From positions 1 through 42,513 of the forward strand of contig JBGQGY010000014.1 in NCBI GenBank assembly GCA_041497675.1: DNA of 42,513 bases, given 5' to 3'. Position 1 is the stretch's first letter. Each line of letters starts with the position of its first letter. The position numbers and the translations under genes are program-made. Source of the stretch: a bacterium. Lineage in GTDB: Bacteria > Sysuimicrobiota > Sysuimicrobiia > Sysuimicrobiales > Humicultoraceae. Of this stretch, positions 15,513 through 26,471 are shown piece after piece. Under the pieces are notes generated by a model. That model saw only the letters and a list, made by a program, of their open reading frames with translations. It searched no databases and was not told the origin of the DNA.

Positions 15513-18245
15513 TCACCCTCTGGTATGGTCGTCGTCGGTCTTCATCCGACGCAGACGCGCGATGTAGAGCCGGGCGGCGGCCTCCATCGACGCGGCCCGG
15601 GCCGCGGCTTCGGAGGGTTCCTCGATGCGCCACCGGTCGGCCGCGGCGTACTCCTCATCCTCCACGACCTGTTCCGGCGGCGGCTGCCGTTTGATGAACG
15701 CCCCCGCCGCAGACGCCAGGCGGCTGAGATGTTGCTCGATCGCAGGAATCCGGCGTAGCGCCACCTCGGCGACGAAACCGGCCAGCGCGAGGCTCGTAAA
15801 GAGCGGCCAGACCGGCCGCGTCCGCCGCACCGGATTCACCGGGGGCGCGAGCGCTTCGGCGGGTTTCGAGATGATCCTGGCGCCTGCTGCTTCGGTCAGG
15901 TACGAGATCAGCGCGCGGTTCAGGCCGACCTGCCGGAGCTCGGGTGAATACGGCACCGCAACCGGCAGCGACGTACGGCCCACCGGCCGGCCGCCTTCGC
16001 TCGCGACAGCGGTAACCAGATAGGCACCGGCAGGCGGCAGCGGCATCGTGGCCTCGTACCAGCCGGGTCTGGACTGCTTCAATTCTAGGCGGGACGCCGG
16101 GGCGCGTTCTCCGGCCACGGTGACGGCCGCCGTCCACGACACGATCGGCGATCCCTCGCCGTCTCGCGCGTCGAGGACGATCCGCACGTGATCCTCTTCG
16201 ATGGCGGCGTGGACGTCGAGGGGGCCGACTTCGCGGCTCATGGTCCAGCGCACCACCTGCGACCAGAAGCGCGCCGCGCGACTCCATCCGGCCCACTCAG
16301 CCGTCCAGCGGTTGCGCGCGTCGGTCGTGATGGCGGCGGCGCGTCCAAGCCCGTAGGTCCAGGTCGCGAGGACGGGATCATCTTGATGCGAGACCAGACC
16401 AATGTCGGCCGCCGGCTTGGGTGCGGTCGCCAGGTAGCCTCGCAGCGGAGGGATCGCGCCGAGATCGCCCAGCACCCCGACGGCGCCGCCGGCTTTCGGT
16501 GTGAACCGCTCCTCGATCACGTAGGCGCGGGTCGCCAGCAGCGCTTCGGCCGTCAGAATCTGGGGAATGCTGTACAGATCCTTTGCCACGTACGATCGGC
16601 CCCGGCCCCAGGTCGCGATATTCTTCATGATGTCCAGGTCGGCATCTCGACCGACGGCCACGGTGCTCAACGTGATGCGATCATCGCTCATCGCGGTGGT
16701 CAGCGTCCGGAAGTCTCCGGGATCGGTCTGGCCGTCCGAGAGGATGATAACGTGCTTCACCTTGGCCTCGATCCGGCGGAGCGCGTTTCGGGCCTCCACC
16801 AGCGCGGGATACATGTTCGTGCCGCCGCCGGCCTTGATGCGGCTGACGGCGTCCAGGATCCGTGCGCGCTGAGACGCCGGCGTCGGCGGCACCAGCCAGC
16901 GCGGCTGCTGGTCGAACGCAATCAGGCCGACGAGGTCGCGCTCGCCCATAAAGTCGATGGTGGACTGTGCGATCTCCTTGGCGACCTCGACTTTGGCCAG
17001 CTCGATGCCGAAACTCCCCATACTCCCCGAGGCGTCGAGGACCAGGATGATGGCCATCGATGGAATCGCCAGTCGATGGCGGACGTCCATGCTGACCGGC
17101 AACGCCTCTTCCAACGGCGTGCCGGCATAGCCGCCAATCCCGAAGGAGTGGGTGCCGCCGATCGCAACTAACCCACCGCCCCCAAGACGCACATAGTCGC
17201 GCAGCGCCGCCATCTGCCGGGGGCTCAAGGCAAACGCCGGAACGTCATCGAGCACGACTGCGGCCGTGCCCTGATAGGCGGCCGGGGAGACCGGCAGCTG
17301 CGCCGGCGTGATCCGGCGCACCGTCAACCCCTGCGCCTCCAGCGCCGCGGGCAGCGGGCCGGTGGGGTCGCCGGCGTAGAGCACAAACGGTTGTCCCTGC
17401 ACGAAGGCGAGCGCGAACGCCCGGTTGTTTCCTGGTTCGGTGTCCGGGTTCGCGTCGATGAGCGCGTCCACCCTGAGGAGCCCCGGCTGCGTGGCCTGCG
17501 GTTCGATTTCGATGGTCGTGCGGCCCGGGCGCAAATTCAGCTCGCGGGACAGCAGGAGCGCGCCGTTCCCGCGCACGCGGAGCGTCGCCTCCGCGGCTTC
17601 AGTGGCACGGATCGTCACCGTCACCGGCAGGCGCTCGCCCACCGCGACGGTCGGCGGCATGGTGACCTCTTCGACCAACACCTCGGGCACGGGTCCGGAC
17701 GCGAGCGGGACAATGGCGATCTCCACCCCGCGGCTGCGCACCGCCGCGATCGCTTCGGTGAGATTCCCCGCGGTCGCCTGCCCATCGGTCATCAGCACGA
17801 TGCGCTGGCCCGGTTGATCGGGCAGCGCCTGGAGCGACCGTTGAATGGCCGCGGCCAAGTTCGTCCCGTCGGGGCGTGGATGCGAAGCGAGCGCCAGGCG
17901 CGGTTGCGCCGACGGTACCTCTTCGAGGATGGCATCCGCGCCAAAGGTGACCAATCCGATGCGCTGCTCGGGCGCGGCGCGCGTACGAACCTCGTCGAGG
18001 AACGCGCGCAGCGTGCGGGCGCCTTCCGGACCGATACTATCCGAGAGGTCGGCCGCAAAGATGACGCTGAGGTCATTGGCCGCGGTGCTGATTTCCATCC
18101 CGGCGGCGGCCAGGATCAGCATCGCGACGACGATCATCCGCAGCGCGACCAACACCGGGCGCACGCTGCGCCCGCGCAGGACCACGGCGACCAGGGGCAG
18201 CAACACCAGCCCGACGAGGATCGACGGCGCGACGAATCTGATCAC
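15513..18245 (-). CDS. Membrane-anchored protein with two VWA domains and a central GATase-like domain
   Basis: GTG start overlaps the upstream TGA. N-terminal TMs; MIDAS DLSDS...TDG; GGGLVAIGGTHSFGIGGYAGTPLEEALPV; second MIDAS DASGS...SDG; C-terminal TM. Confidence 0.85.
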   Translation of the reverse strand: MIRFVAPSILVGLVLLPLVAVVLRGRSVRPVLVALRMIVVAMLILAAAGMEISTAANDLSVIFAADLSDSIGPEGARTLRAFLDEVRTRAAPEQRIGLVTFGADAILEEVPSAQPRLALASHPRPDGTNLAAAIQRSLQALPDQPGQRIVLMTDGQATAGNLTEAIAAVRSRGVEIAIVPLASGPVPEVLVEEVTMPPTVAVGERLPVTVTIRATEAAEATLRVRGNGALLLSRELNLRPGRTTIEIEPQATQPGLLRVDALIDANPDTEPGNNRAFALAFVQGQPFVLYAGDPTGPLPAALEAQGLTVRRITPAQLPVSPAAYQGTAAVVLDDVPAFALSPRQMAALRDYVRLGGGGLVAIGGTHSFGIGGYAGTPLEEALPVSMDVRHRLAIPSMAIILVLDASGSMGSFGIELAKVEVAKEIAQSTIDFMGERDLVGLIAFDQQPRWLVPPTPASQRARILDAVSRIKAGGGTNMYPALVEARNALRRIEAKVKHVIILSDGQTDPGDFRTLTTAMSDDRITLSTVAVGRDADLDIMKNIATWGRGRSYVAKDLYSIPQILTAEALLATRAYVIEERFTPKAGGAVGVLGDLGAIPPLRGYLATAPKPAADIGLVSHQDDPVLATWTYGLGRAAAITTDARNRWTAEWAGWSRAARFWSQVVRWTMSREVGPLDVHAAIEEDHVRIVLDARDGEGSPIVSWTAAVTVAGERAPASRLELKQSRPGWYEATMPLPPAGAYLVTAVASEGGRPVGRTSLPVAVPYSPELRQVGLNRALISYLTEAAGARIISKPAEALAPPVNPVRRTRPVWPLFTSLALAGFVAEVALRRIPAIEQHLSRLASAAGAFIKRQPPPEQVVEDEEYAAADRWRIEEPSEAAARAASMEAAARLYIARLRRMKTDDDHTRG

Positions 18246-20032
18246 GACGGCTCCCCCCGCAGCCGGCGCCGCCTCGCCAGCGTCCGGGCCCACAACCACC
18301 ACTCGAGCGCCACGAGCGCTCCGGCCAAGGCCAGCAGGGGCGGCGTGAGTCTGATCTGGGCGAATACCGGTGTACCCGCGGTCTGGCTCTGCGCGACCGA
18401 CGGCTCGATGGCCAGTGACGATTCGGAGGGATCAACGGTCGAGATGACCCACCGTCGCTCCCATCCGCCGGTGCGCAGGCGGTACTGACCGATTCGGTCC
18501 AGTGCCGGGAGGGCGAAGACGCCCTCTCGTGCCGTGAGCGTCGTCGTGCCGCCGCCCGGGTCGCGCAGTTCGGCCTGTGCCCACGTACCCGCGGGCACGA
18601 TCGGCGCCGCGCCCGGGGTCACGTCGGACGACCCCGCCAGCCAGTCGATGATGTTGGCCATCAACACCGGGAAGGTCGGATGGGTGACCAGATCGGTTCT
18701 CGCGAGGTCGAACGGCAGGACGACGGCGCGGATCCCGTGCCCTTCGTACGCCCACACGACGGGCGCGTCACCTTCGGCCAGGACCACGCCGGCCTCAGGC
18801 CGCACGGCGAGCGCCCCGGCGATGCGAATACCGCGCAGGTCGACCAACCGCATGACGGGATGCGTACCGACAACATTGCGGACGGTCTGCTGGGCGATCG
18901 TCCCTTCGATCTTCACCGGCATGTTCGTCCCGAGCGTGCCGAGCAGCAGGTACGCGCCCGGCGGGAGCATCTGCGGCGGCACGCGATCCAGGACGACGAC
19001 CGGCGCCCGCCCCCACTGTTCGGGGGTTGCCTGCGCCGTCCGTGTGACCCCCGCCGTGGGGACGGCCCCCAGGACGGCGTCGAGCACGGGGTCGGGGTCG
19101 CCGACGACCAGCACCTGCGGCAATCCATCACGGCCAACGGCGACCACAGCGCGGTCGTCGGCCGGCAGCGCGTCGCTGCCGGACAACCGTGCCGTCGCCA
19201 AGCCCGACGTCTCGCTCAGCTCCACAAGGACGACCTGCGCCGCGCCCGGCGCCACCTGCACGGTCCGTTGTGAGACGACGCGTCCGTCGACCTCCACCGT
19301 CAGCGAGCGCGACGCGCTCTCGCCGAACGCGTCGACCCGCAGCATCAGCTGCGTCCGCCCGCGGGCGTCCACCCGCGTGCGCGCCGACGTGATCGCGACG
19401 TTAGGCGCGCCCTTGCCGATCTTGACCCACCGCACGCCCTGCTGCTCCGGCGGCTGATCACTGAACAGATAGGCGACGGCCGGCCGGCCGTCGCTGCGGA
19501 GGCTGACGGCCAGCGCGACCGCCTCGTCGAGGGCCGCGCCGGTGTCGGTCGGCCGCAGCGCCCTGATGGCTGAAATCACTGCCGCCCGGCTCGTGGTCAG
19601 TTCCACCATCAGCCGCGGGTGCACACCCGCGGCAATCAACGCGGCGGGTTGGCGCGGACCGAGGCGGCCGACGATGGCCAGGGCTTCCTGCTGAGCGGCC
19701 GCAAATCGGGTCGGCGGCACGTCGGTCGCCTGCATACTCGCACTCGTATCGATCACCAGCGCCACCGCATCACCGGCGAACCCGCGCAGCGGGAGCGATG
19801 GCCTCGCCAGGGCGAGCACGATCATGGCAATGATCAGGATCTGGACCAGCAAGAGGAGGTTGCGCTCCAGTTTCCGCATCGGGAGACGCGCCACCAGATC
19901 GCGGGTCGCCCGCTCCCACAGCATGACGCTCGGCACGAGGCGGGGCTCCCGCCGCGCCCGCAGCATGTAGAGGATCACCACGAGGGGGATGAGCGACAGC
20001 GCCCAGAGCGCCGACGGCGCGCCGAGGGTCAT
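18242..20032 (-). CDS. BatA-domain VWA protein
   Basis: BatA N-terminus (LSLIPLVVILYML...PSVMLW...LALARP), MIDAS DTSAS, C-terminal TM ending LEWWL. Confidence 0.85.
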   Translation of the reverse strand: MTLGAPSALWALSLIPLVVILYMLRARREPRLVPSVMLWERATRDLVARLPMRKLERNLLLLVQILIIAMIVLALARPSLPLRGFAGDAVALVIDTSASMQATDVPPTRFAAAQQEALAIVGRLGPRQPAALIAAGVHPRLMVELTTSRAAVISAIRALRPTDTGAALDEAVALAVSLRSDGRPAVAYLFSDQPPEQQGVRWVKIGKGAPNVAITSARTRVDARGRTQLMLRVDAFGESASRSLTVEVDGRVVSQRTVQVAPGAAQVVLVELSETSGLATARLSGSDALPADDRAVVAVGRDGLPQVLVVGDPDPVLDAVLGAVPTAGVTRTAQATPEQWGRAPVVVLDRVPPQMLPPGAYLLLGTLGTNMPVKIEGTIAQQTVRNVVGTHPVMRLVDLRGIRIAGALAVRPEAGVVLAEGDAPVVWAYEGHGIRAVVLPFDLARTDLVTHPTFPVLMANIIDWLAGSSDVTPGAAPIVPAGTWAQAELRDPGGGTTTLTAREGVFALPALDRIGQYRLRTGGWERRWVISTVDPSESSLAIEPSVAQSQTAGTPVFAQIRLTPPLLALAGALVALEWWLWARTLARRRRLRGEPS

Positions 20033-20915
20033 CAGGCGATGAGCCCTCCCTGCCGGAGGTAGCGCAACACCAAGTCGTCAAATGGGATCGACGTGGCCGC
20101 GCGCAGATACTCGACCTGCAGGCGAAGACACAATTGTTCTACTTCGGTAAAGTATCGGTCACGAGCCCGCCCATAGGCCTCCGCCGTCGCTGCATCTGCC
20201 GTCACTTCCACTGAGGCCCCCGTCTCGGAATCGACCAGGCGCAGATCGCCTTCGAGCGCCGGGGTCAGCTCTTCATCGGCGAGCAGATGGATGAGGAACG
20301 GTTCGAACCGATGATACCTGGCCAGCCGCAGACCGTCGGTGATGCCCTGCGGGAACATCAGGTCGGAGATCACGATGAGCACGCCGCGCCGCCGCGTCCG
20401 CAAGGTGTAATCCCGGAGCGCGCCGGCCAGGTTGCTGCGCCCCTCAGCCGCGATATCGCCCAGAAAGCGGAAGAGCGTCAGCGTGCCGGCGCGGCCGCGC
20501 CGTGGCGGCAGCACCCGGGCGGGGCCATCGGTGAACGCCACTGCGCCGACGCGGTCGAGATTCGCCAGCCCGATGTAGCCCAGCGCCGCGGCCACGCGGA
20601 CGGCGTAGTCAAGCTTTGGCGGGTGCCCCCACGCCATCGAGCGACTGGCATCGATGAACAGGTGGACGTTGATGTCTTCTTCTTCGCTGAAGAGTTTGAC
20701 GAAGAGCCGATCGAGGCGTGAGTAGATGTTCCAGTCGACATAGCGAAAATCGTCGCCGACCTGATACGAGCGGTAGTCGGCAAACTCGACGCCGCGGCCG
20801 AGCGTGCCGCTGCGGCGCTCGCCTCGTGCGCCGCTACGGTAGAGTCGGCGTGACAGCAGCGTCAGGCGTTCCAACCGAGCCAGGAATCCCGGCTCGAGCA
20901 GCAGCTCGTCCCGGG

Positions 20916-20928
<13 letters not shown>
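20032..20928 (-). CDS. DUF58 domain protein (MoxR-associated)
   Basis: GVEFADYRSYQVGDDFRYVDWNIYSRLDRLFVK, IDASRSM, ISD, LVDSETG. Confidence 0.9.
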
Positions 20929-21914
<986 letters not shown>

Positions 21915-21942
21915 GCGACTGTTCTCCTCCCTCACTCACACA

Positions 21943-23511
21943 TCAGCGCTGGGCGGCCAGCGCCTCAAAATAGCGGCGGACGACCTCGCGGTACTCGGGC
22001 GGGATGCGCATCCGCTGCATGTAGCGGTCCGCGCCCGCGCGCGCGGCGGCGACCGCTGGGCCCTGCGGCGCCCGCACCTGCGCGGTCCGCCCCGGTCCCA
22101 GCAATTCCGAGGTCGTCACGCGGCCCTCGCCCTGCAGACCGCGGAGCCGGTTCTGCTGGCGCTCGGCGTCGAGGCGCGCCGTGCGTTCGCCCAGTTTCTC
22201 GGACACGGACCCTTGTCCAGGCGTCGTGCCCTGGTTGGGACCGGGGGGCGGCTCCGCGCCGCCCGGCTGATCGTTCTGGGGGAGCGGTCGGTTGCCCGGC
22301 GCCACGTTCCCGGGTTGCGCGGCCCCCTTTGGCGTCTCTTCGGTTTCGGTCGCGGACGGCGTGCGGCCCTGTGAGATGTTCTGCGACGATCGCTGGAGGT
22401 CGCGTTGGGCCTGCTGCAGTCCCTCTTCGTCGGCCAGCATCGCGCGCAGGTCGTCAAGATCGGCGGCGCTCTGCGCCATCGTGCGCCGCGCGCCGGCCGT
22501 ATCACCCGCCCCGAGCTGCCGCTGCGCCTGCGCGGCCTGCTCGCGGGTGCGCAGCGGCACGTCGCCTTCCTCGCCGCCGGCGGCGAGCGCGGCGAGCTGT
22601 CGCATGAGGGCCTCGCGTTCCTGAGGGGACTTGCTCTGTGTGAGCCGGTCGGTGATCTCCTGGATCTGCCGCACCGTGCGGTCCGCGGCGGCCCGCCGCT
22701 TGAACAACTCGGACGGCAGATTGGACTGCTGCTGCGCCGGCGGCGTCCGCTCACCGCTCTGCTGGCGGCGCGCGTCCCGCACCTTCTGACGTTCGGATTC
22801 GATCTGACGGCTCAGCGCGTCGATGCGCGCCAGGGCCTCCTGCCGTTCCAGCCGATCGCGTTGCAGCCGCTCGCCCAGACGGCGGAGATCCGGCGCCACG
22901 CGGCGCGTGATGCGGGCGCGGTCGAGGCGGGCCTGCTCTTCCAGATTGTCGGCGGAGCGCTCCAGCCGCCGTCCCTCACGACGGATCGTCTGCACGATCT
23001 GGTGTGCGGGTGTGCCGGGCAGGGCGATCCCAACCAGCCCGTACACCGCCAGCAGCGCCGCGACGGTCAGAACGAGCGCGACCAGCCAGTTGCGACCCGG
23101 ACCCGCCGGCAGACCGCGGCGCAGGTCGAGGGCAAGGGCGGCGTGTGCCGTGTCCGCGAGCAACGCGTGTTCGAGCGACGTTGACCGGTGTACGCCCGTG
23201 ATGACCTCAATCGACGTCGTCAGTCGATCGGCAAGCGCAAACCGATAGTCGACAATCTGGGCCGCCAGACGCGGCGACAGACGCCAGAAGGCGCGAAGCG
23301 CCGCCACCGCGATGATCGCCGCCGCCAGCCCGGCCGCCGGGAGGACGACAAACGGGAGGGTCACGGGTACGACGAGGCGCGCCAGCGCCAGCAGCAGGAC
23401 CAGCGCGGTCCAGTACAGCAGCACGCGCCCGGTCCACTGCCACGCCCGCCGGGCGCCCAACCGGCGCCGCGCGCGCTCGACGATCTCGAGGATCACATCA
23501 CGCTCCATCAC
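21943..23511 (-). CDS. Hypothetical membrane-anchored coiled-coil protein of MoxR/VWA cluster
   Basis: N-terminal TMs, LADRLTTS motif, long Q/R/E-rich helices, G/P/Q linker, C-terminal IPPEYREVVRRYF. Confidence 0.8.
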   Translation of the reverse strand: MMERDVILEIVERARRRLGARRAWQWTGRVLLYWTALVLLLALARLVVPVTLPFVVLPAAGLAAAIIAVAALRAFWRLSPRLAAQIVDYRFALADRLTTSIEVITGVHRSTSLEHALLADTAHAALALDLRRGLPAGPGRNWLVALVLTVAALLAVYGLVGIALPGTPAHQIVQTIRREGRRLERSADNLEEQARLDRARITRRVAPDLRRLGERLQRDRLERQEALARIDALSRQIESERQKVRDARRQQSGERTPPAQQQSNLPSELFKRRAAADRTVRQIQEITDRLTQSKSPQEREALMRQLAALAAGGEEGDVPLRTREQAAQAQRQLGAGDTAGARRTMAQSAADLDDLRAMLADEEGLQQAQRDLQRSSQNISQGRTPSATETEETPKGAAQPGNVAPGNRPLPQNDQPGGAEPPPGPNQGTTPGQGSVSEKLGERTARLDAERQQNRLRGLQGEGRVTTSELLGPGRTAQVRAPQGPAVAAARAGADRYMQRMRIPPEYREVVRRYFEALAAQR

Positions 23512-23533
23512 GCATCCCCTTCGGCGAAGTGCT

Positions 23534-24262
23534 CTATCCGTCCTCCGCGCCGGTGCGCATGACCGTCACATACGAGGCGACGGCCACCACTCCCGCGGCG
23601 GCGGCGACCAGATATCCAGCAATCACGCCGCCCAATGTCCACGACCACCCGGTGCGTACTGCCTCGTCTAACAGCAGCACGGGGTTGGCCGCGTTCCACG
23701 GCGCGGGCAGCCGCGCCGTCCCCACAAACACGCCCACCATCAGCGACCAGTACAGGAACGACCTCGTGAAGTCCGACGAGAACCGCCCGCCCAGCCAGGC
23801 CCCCCACACGCCAAACGCGGTCGCCGCCGCCGCCGTCAACACCGCGGCCCAGGCGGCGGTCGACAGCGGCGCTGCCCGCAGACCGGCGGCCAGCACCGTC
23901 AGCGGTAGGGCGAGGGCGACGAGGTACACGGCGTATCCCGCGCTCGAGATGAGTTTTCCCGCGGCAATCTCGACGGGACCGAACGCGGAGAGCGCGAGAT
24001 CTTGCAGTCCCTTCTCACCCTCGAGCGAGAGTTCGGAGGATGCGAACGCGCCGGTCAGATACGTGACGGCGGCGAGCTGTACGACGAGGAAGGCAAGCAG
24101 CAGGTTGGCCTCACGGAGTTCAAAACGGCCAACCTCGGGAGGCAGAGACAGCAGGAGAAACGCGCTGCAGGCGCCGAGGTAGAGCGTCTGCACCCAGATG
24201 CCGCGCGGCGTGCTCAGCCGGGCCCGCAGGTCACCTCGTGCGACGGGGTTGAGCGCTCGCGT
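23534..24262 (-). CDS. ABC-2-type permease-like membrane protein (start uncertain, probable ACG)
   Basis: The frame extends upstream of the called GTG (24193) through NPVARGDLRARL. Contains E.EKG..DL..S......I..GKL permease motif and about six hydrophobic segments. GAGGTG precedes ACG at 24262. Confidence 0.7.
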   Translation of the reverse strand, partial: TRALNPVARGDLRARLSTPRGIWVQTLYLGACSAFLLLSLPPEVGRFELREANLLLAFLVVQLAAVTYLTGAFASSELSLEGEKGLQDLALSAFGPVEIAAGKLISSAGYAVYLVALALPLTVLAAGLRAAPLSTAAWAAVLTAAAATAFGVWGAWLGGRFSSDFTRSFLYWSLMVGVFVGTARLPAPWNAANPVLLLDEAVRTGWSWTLGGVIAGYLVAAAAGVVAVASYVTVMRTGAEDG

Positions 24263-24282
24263 GACGGCACCTCAGCCGTGGC

Positions 24283-26025
24283 TCATGGAGCTGTGAGGGG
24301 CACGAACACCAGGTGAGGTGTCACCTCGATCCGGCCCTCCCACCTGAGGCTGAACGCTGGATCGCGCAGCCAGCCGACCAGCCAGGTCGGAATTGACTTG
24401 AGTATAGCATCGCTTTCGAGATGCGAGAACGCCCACACCAGCAGCGCGTGATTGAGGTCGGTGCGCTGCAGTCGATCGCGCGACACCCACCGCTGCCCGT
24501 CGAGGGTGATCTGCGCGGTCGGACCGATGGGCCCGACCGCCTGTACGCGACCGGACTGGTAAATCCACACGGGGTCAAGACGCGCTCCGGTGCGATTCTC
24601 CACCGTCAGCATGCCGCCGTCGTCGCGAGGCGCAAGCGTTCCCGTGATATCCAGCCCCACGATCCCTAGACCCGCAAGGCGCAGCCCCGGCGCGCCGGAG
24701 CGCACCAGCGTTCGTCCATCGTGGACGATGGTGACCGCGGCCGGAGGCACGGGACGCAACAACAGCTCCTGGCGCGCGCCGATGGTGAAGTCGCCGGCGT
24801 GGGAGACGACCATGCGGGTGGACATGGCCACCAGCGCGTGGCGCGTCCCCGGCAATCCCTCTGCGACCGCGGAGGCCACGACCCCGGATGCGTCCGCGCG
24901 CGCGAAGACGGCCGCGCGCGCCGCGATGACAGTAGCGGCGGCGACGATGAGGATCGCCGAAGTGATCATCGGGGCGCGCAACACGGCCGCGAGCCGGCTG
25001 AGGCGGCGCGCCGCAAAGATATAGCCGATGATCAGCACGCCGACCAGCGCCTGCGTGCGGACGGGGACCGGCCGCTGCGGCGGCAGAGTCGCCTCGAGTT
25101 CGAATGCGCCGGGCGACGGCGCGTCGGAGAGCAGGACATCCCACGCCCGTCGATCGCCGGGATTCCCGCGGAGCGCGGGATCGGCGACGTCCTGGCTCAA
25201 CACGGTGACGCGGCCGCGACCCGTGCGCCACCGAACCCCCCGGATCCCAGCCGCGTCCACGGGTTCGCTGCCCGGCTTGGCCGCAAGCGGCAGGCTGGAG
25301 GCGCCCGCCCGAAGCCGCGATGAACTCACGGTCACGGGGATCACGTCACGTAGGGTGGGACCCTGGAAGTGCCGCAGATCGTCCCCGGACGGCATCACCA
25401 CCACCCGGCCGCCGGACCAGATCCACTGTTGCAGCGCCTGACGCTGCGGGTCGCTCAGACGACGCTCGTCGAGGTTGCGAATCACGACGAGACGCACGCC
25501 TTCGTACGCCTGCCAGATCTGCGGAAGGTTCTCCGGCAACAGATAGGCGATCTCCATCCGCTGGCCTGGCGCGGGCATCACCTCCAGACCCAGCGGTTCG
25601 TCGGACAGTACGGCGATGAGGTCATCGGTCGGCGTGACACGTGGCAGCGCGACCGAGATGATACTGCGCCCCCCTTCGCTGAGCGTGACCACACCGGGCG
25701 TCCGCGCATCGTAGAGAATCGCCGGGACAAAGATCCTCAGCGTCGCGCCGGGTGCGGCGCGGACGGGAACCGTTTGCTGGACAACCGGGGATCCCGTGGG
25801 TGACGCCGCGGCGAGCGTCACGGTGCCGTCGATACCGGACGCGGGCGCGCGCACATCGATCCACACAGGCGTCCAGCTCGCCATCCGGACACGACCGTCG
25901 AAGCCGATCGACGCCACGGCCAGCGTCTCCGGCGGGGCCGCGGCAGCCGGGTACGAGCACCACCAGACGAGCGCCACGGCGAGTGCCGCGGCGGCCGCTA
26001 CAGGCGACGCGTGGTTGATCCTCAT
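24283..26025 (-). CDS. Exported/membrane hypothetical protein of MoxR/VWA cluster
   Basis: Start reassigned to MRINHASP. Signal-peptide-like N-terminus; GATase-like middle (ALQQWIWSGGRVVV, GRGRV); two internal TMs; C-terminal beta domain. Confidence 0.72.
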   Translation of the reverse strand: MRINHASPVAAAAALAVALVWWCSYPAAAAPPETLAVASIGFDGRVRMASWTPVWIDVRAPASGIDGTVTLAAASPTGSPVVQQTVPVRAAPGATLRIFVPAILYDARTPGVVTLSEGGRSIISVALPRVTPTDDLIAVLSDEPLGLEVMPAPGQRMEIAYLLPENLPQIWQAYEGVRLVVIRNLDERRLSDPQRQALQQWIWSGGRVVVMPSGDDLRHFQGPTLRDVIPVTVSSSRLRAGASSLPLAAKPGSEPVDAAGIRGVRWRTGRGRVTVLSQDVADPALRGNPGDRRAWDVLLSDAPSPGAFELEATLPPQRPVPVRTQALVGVLIIGYIFAARRLSRLAAVLRAPMITSAILIVAAATVIAARAAVFARADASGVVASAVAEGLPGTRHALVAMSTRMVVSHAGDFTIGARQELLLRPVPPAAVTIVHDGRTLVRSGAPGLRLAGLGIVGLDITGTLAPRDDGGMLTVENRTGARLDPVWIYQSGRVQAVGPIGPTAQITLDGQRWVSRDRLQRTDLNHALLVWAFSHLESDAILKSIPTWLVGWLRDPAFSLRWEGRIEVTPHLVFVPLTAP

Positions 26026-26050
26026 GCGACCCGAGGGAGAACGGCGAGAA

Positions 26051-26365
26051 CTAGGTGCCGGTCGTGGGTTTTCTGTCCGTGGAGCTCTTCGCGTCCTTCG
26101 TGTCCTTGGTGTCTTTGGTGTCTTTGGCGTCTTTCGTCTCCGCGCCGCCCGAGGCGGAGGTCTTTGACGGTCCATCGTCGGGCGGCGCGGCCTTCCGATA
26201 GTCCGTCGTATGGAAACCGCTGCCCTTGAAGATCAACCCCACCGACGAGTAGACTTTTCGGCACGCGCTGCCGCATTGCGGGCACGCCGGTACGGGCGAA
26301 CCCACTGGCTGCTGTTGTTCGAAGTCGTGATGGCACTGCGTGCACCGGTATTCGTACAGTGGCAT
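26051..26365 (-). CDS. FmdB family zinc-ribbon protein
   Basis: MPLYEYRCTQC...CPQCG...FKGSGFHTTDY; GGAGG RBS. Confidence 0.93.
   Translation of the reverse strand: MPLYEYRCTQCHHDFEQQQPVGSPVPACPQCGSACRKVYSSVGLIFKGSGFHTTDYRKAAPPDDGPSKTSASGGAETKDAKDTKDTKDTKDAKSSTDRKPTTGT
26090..26134. repeat. 5 x 9-bp imperfect tandem repeat encoding KD(A/T)
   Basis: cgcgtcctt cgtgtcctt ggtgtcttt ggtgtcttt ggcgtcttt, giving KDAKDTKDTKDTKDA. Confidence 0.85.
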
Positions 26366-26427
26366 GGCCGATCCTCCGAACGTGCCGGCACGCGACCTCT
26401 TATCCGAACGTCGAGCCGTCCATCGTT

Positions 26428-26455
26428 ATTCTCGCGCGGCGCTCCCGGCTGTCAA
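26428..26455 (-). promoter_or_regulatory. Possible sigma70 promoter for FmdB gene/MoxR cluster
   Basis: Perfect TTGACA, 16-nt spacer, GAGAAT. Confidence 0.4.
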
Positions 26456-26471
26456 TGATGCGGGGCGCGAT

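Noticed and set aside
24272..24274. In-frame TGA as selenocysteine or an alternative genetic code
   Set aside because: TGA is the normal stop for many genes in this window, the position is in a non-catalytic N-terminal tail, and no convincing SECIS was identified.
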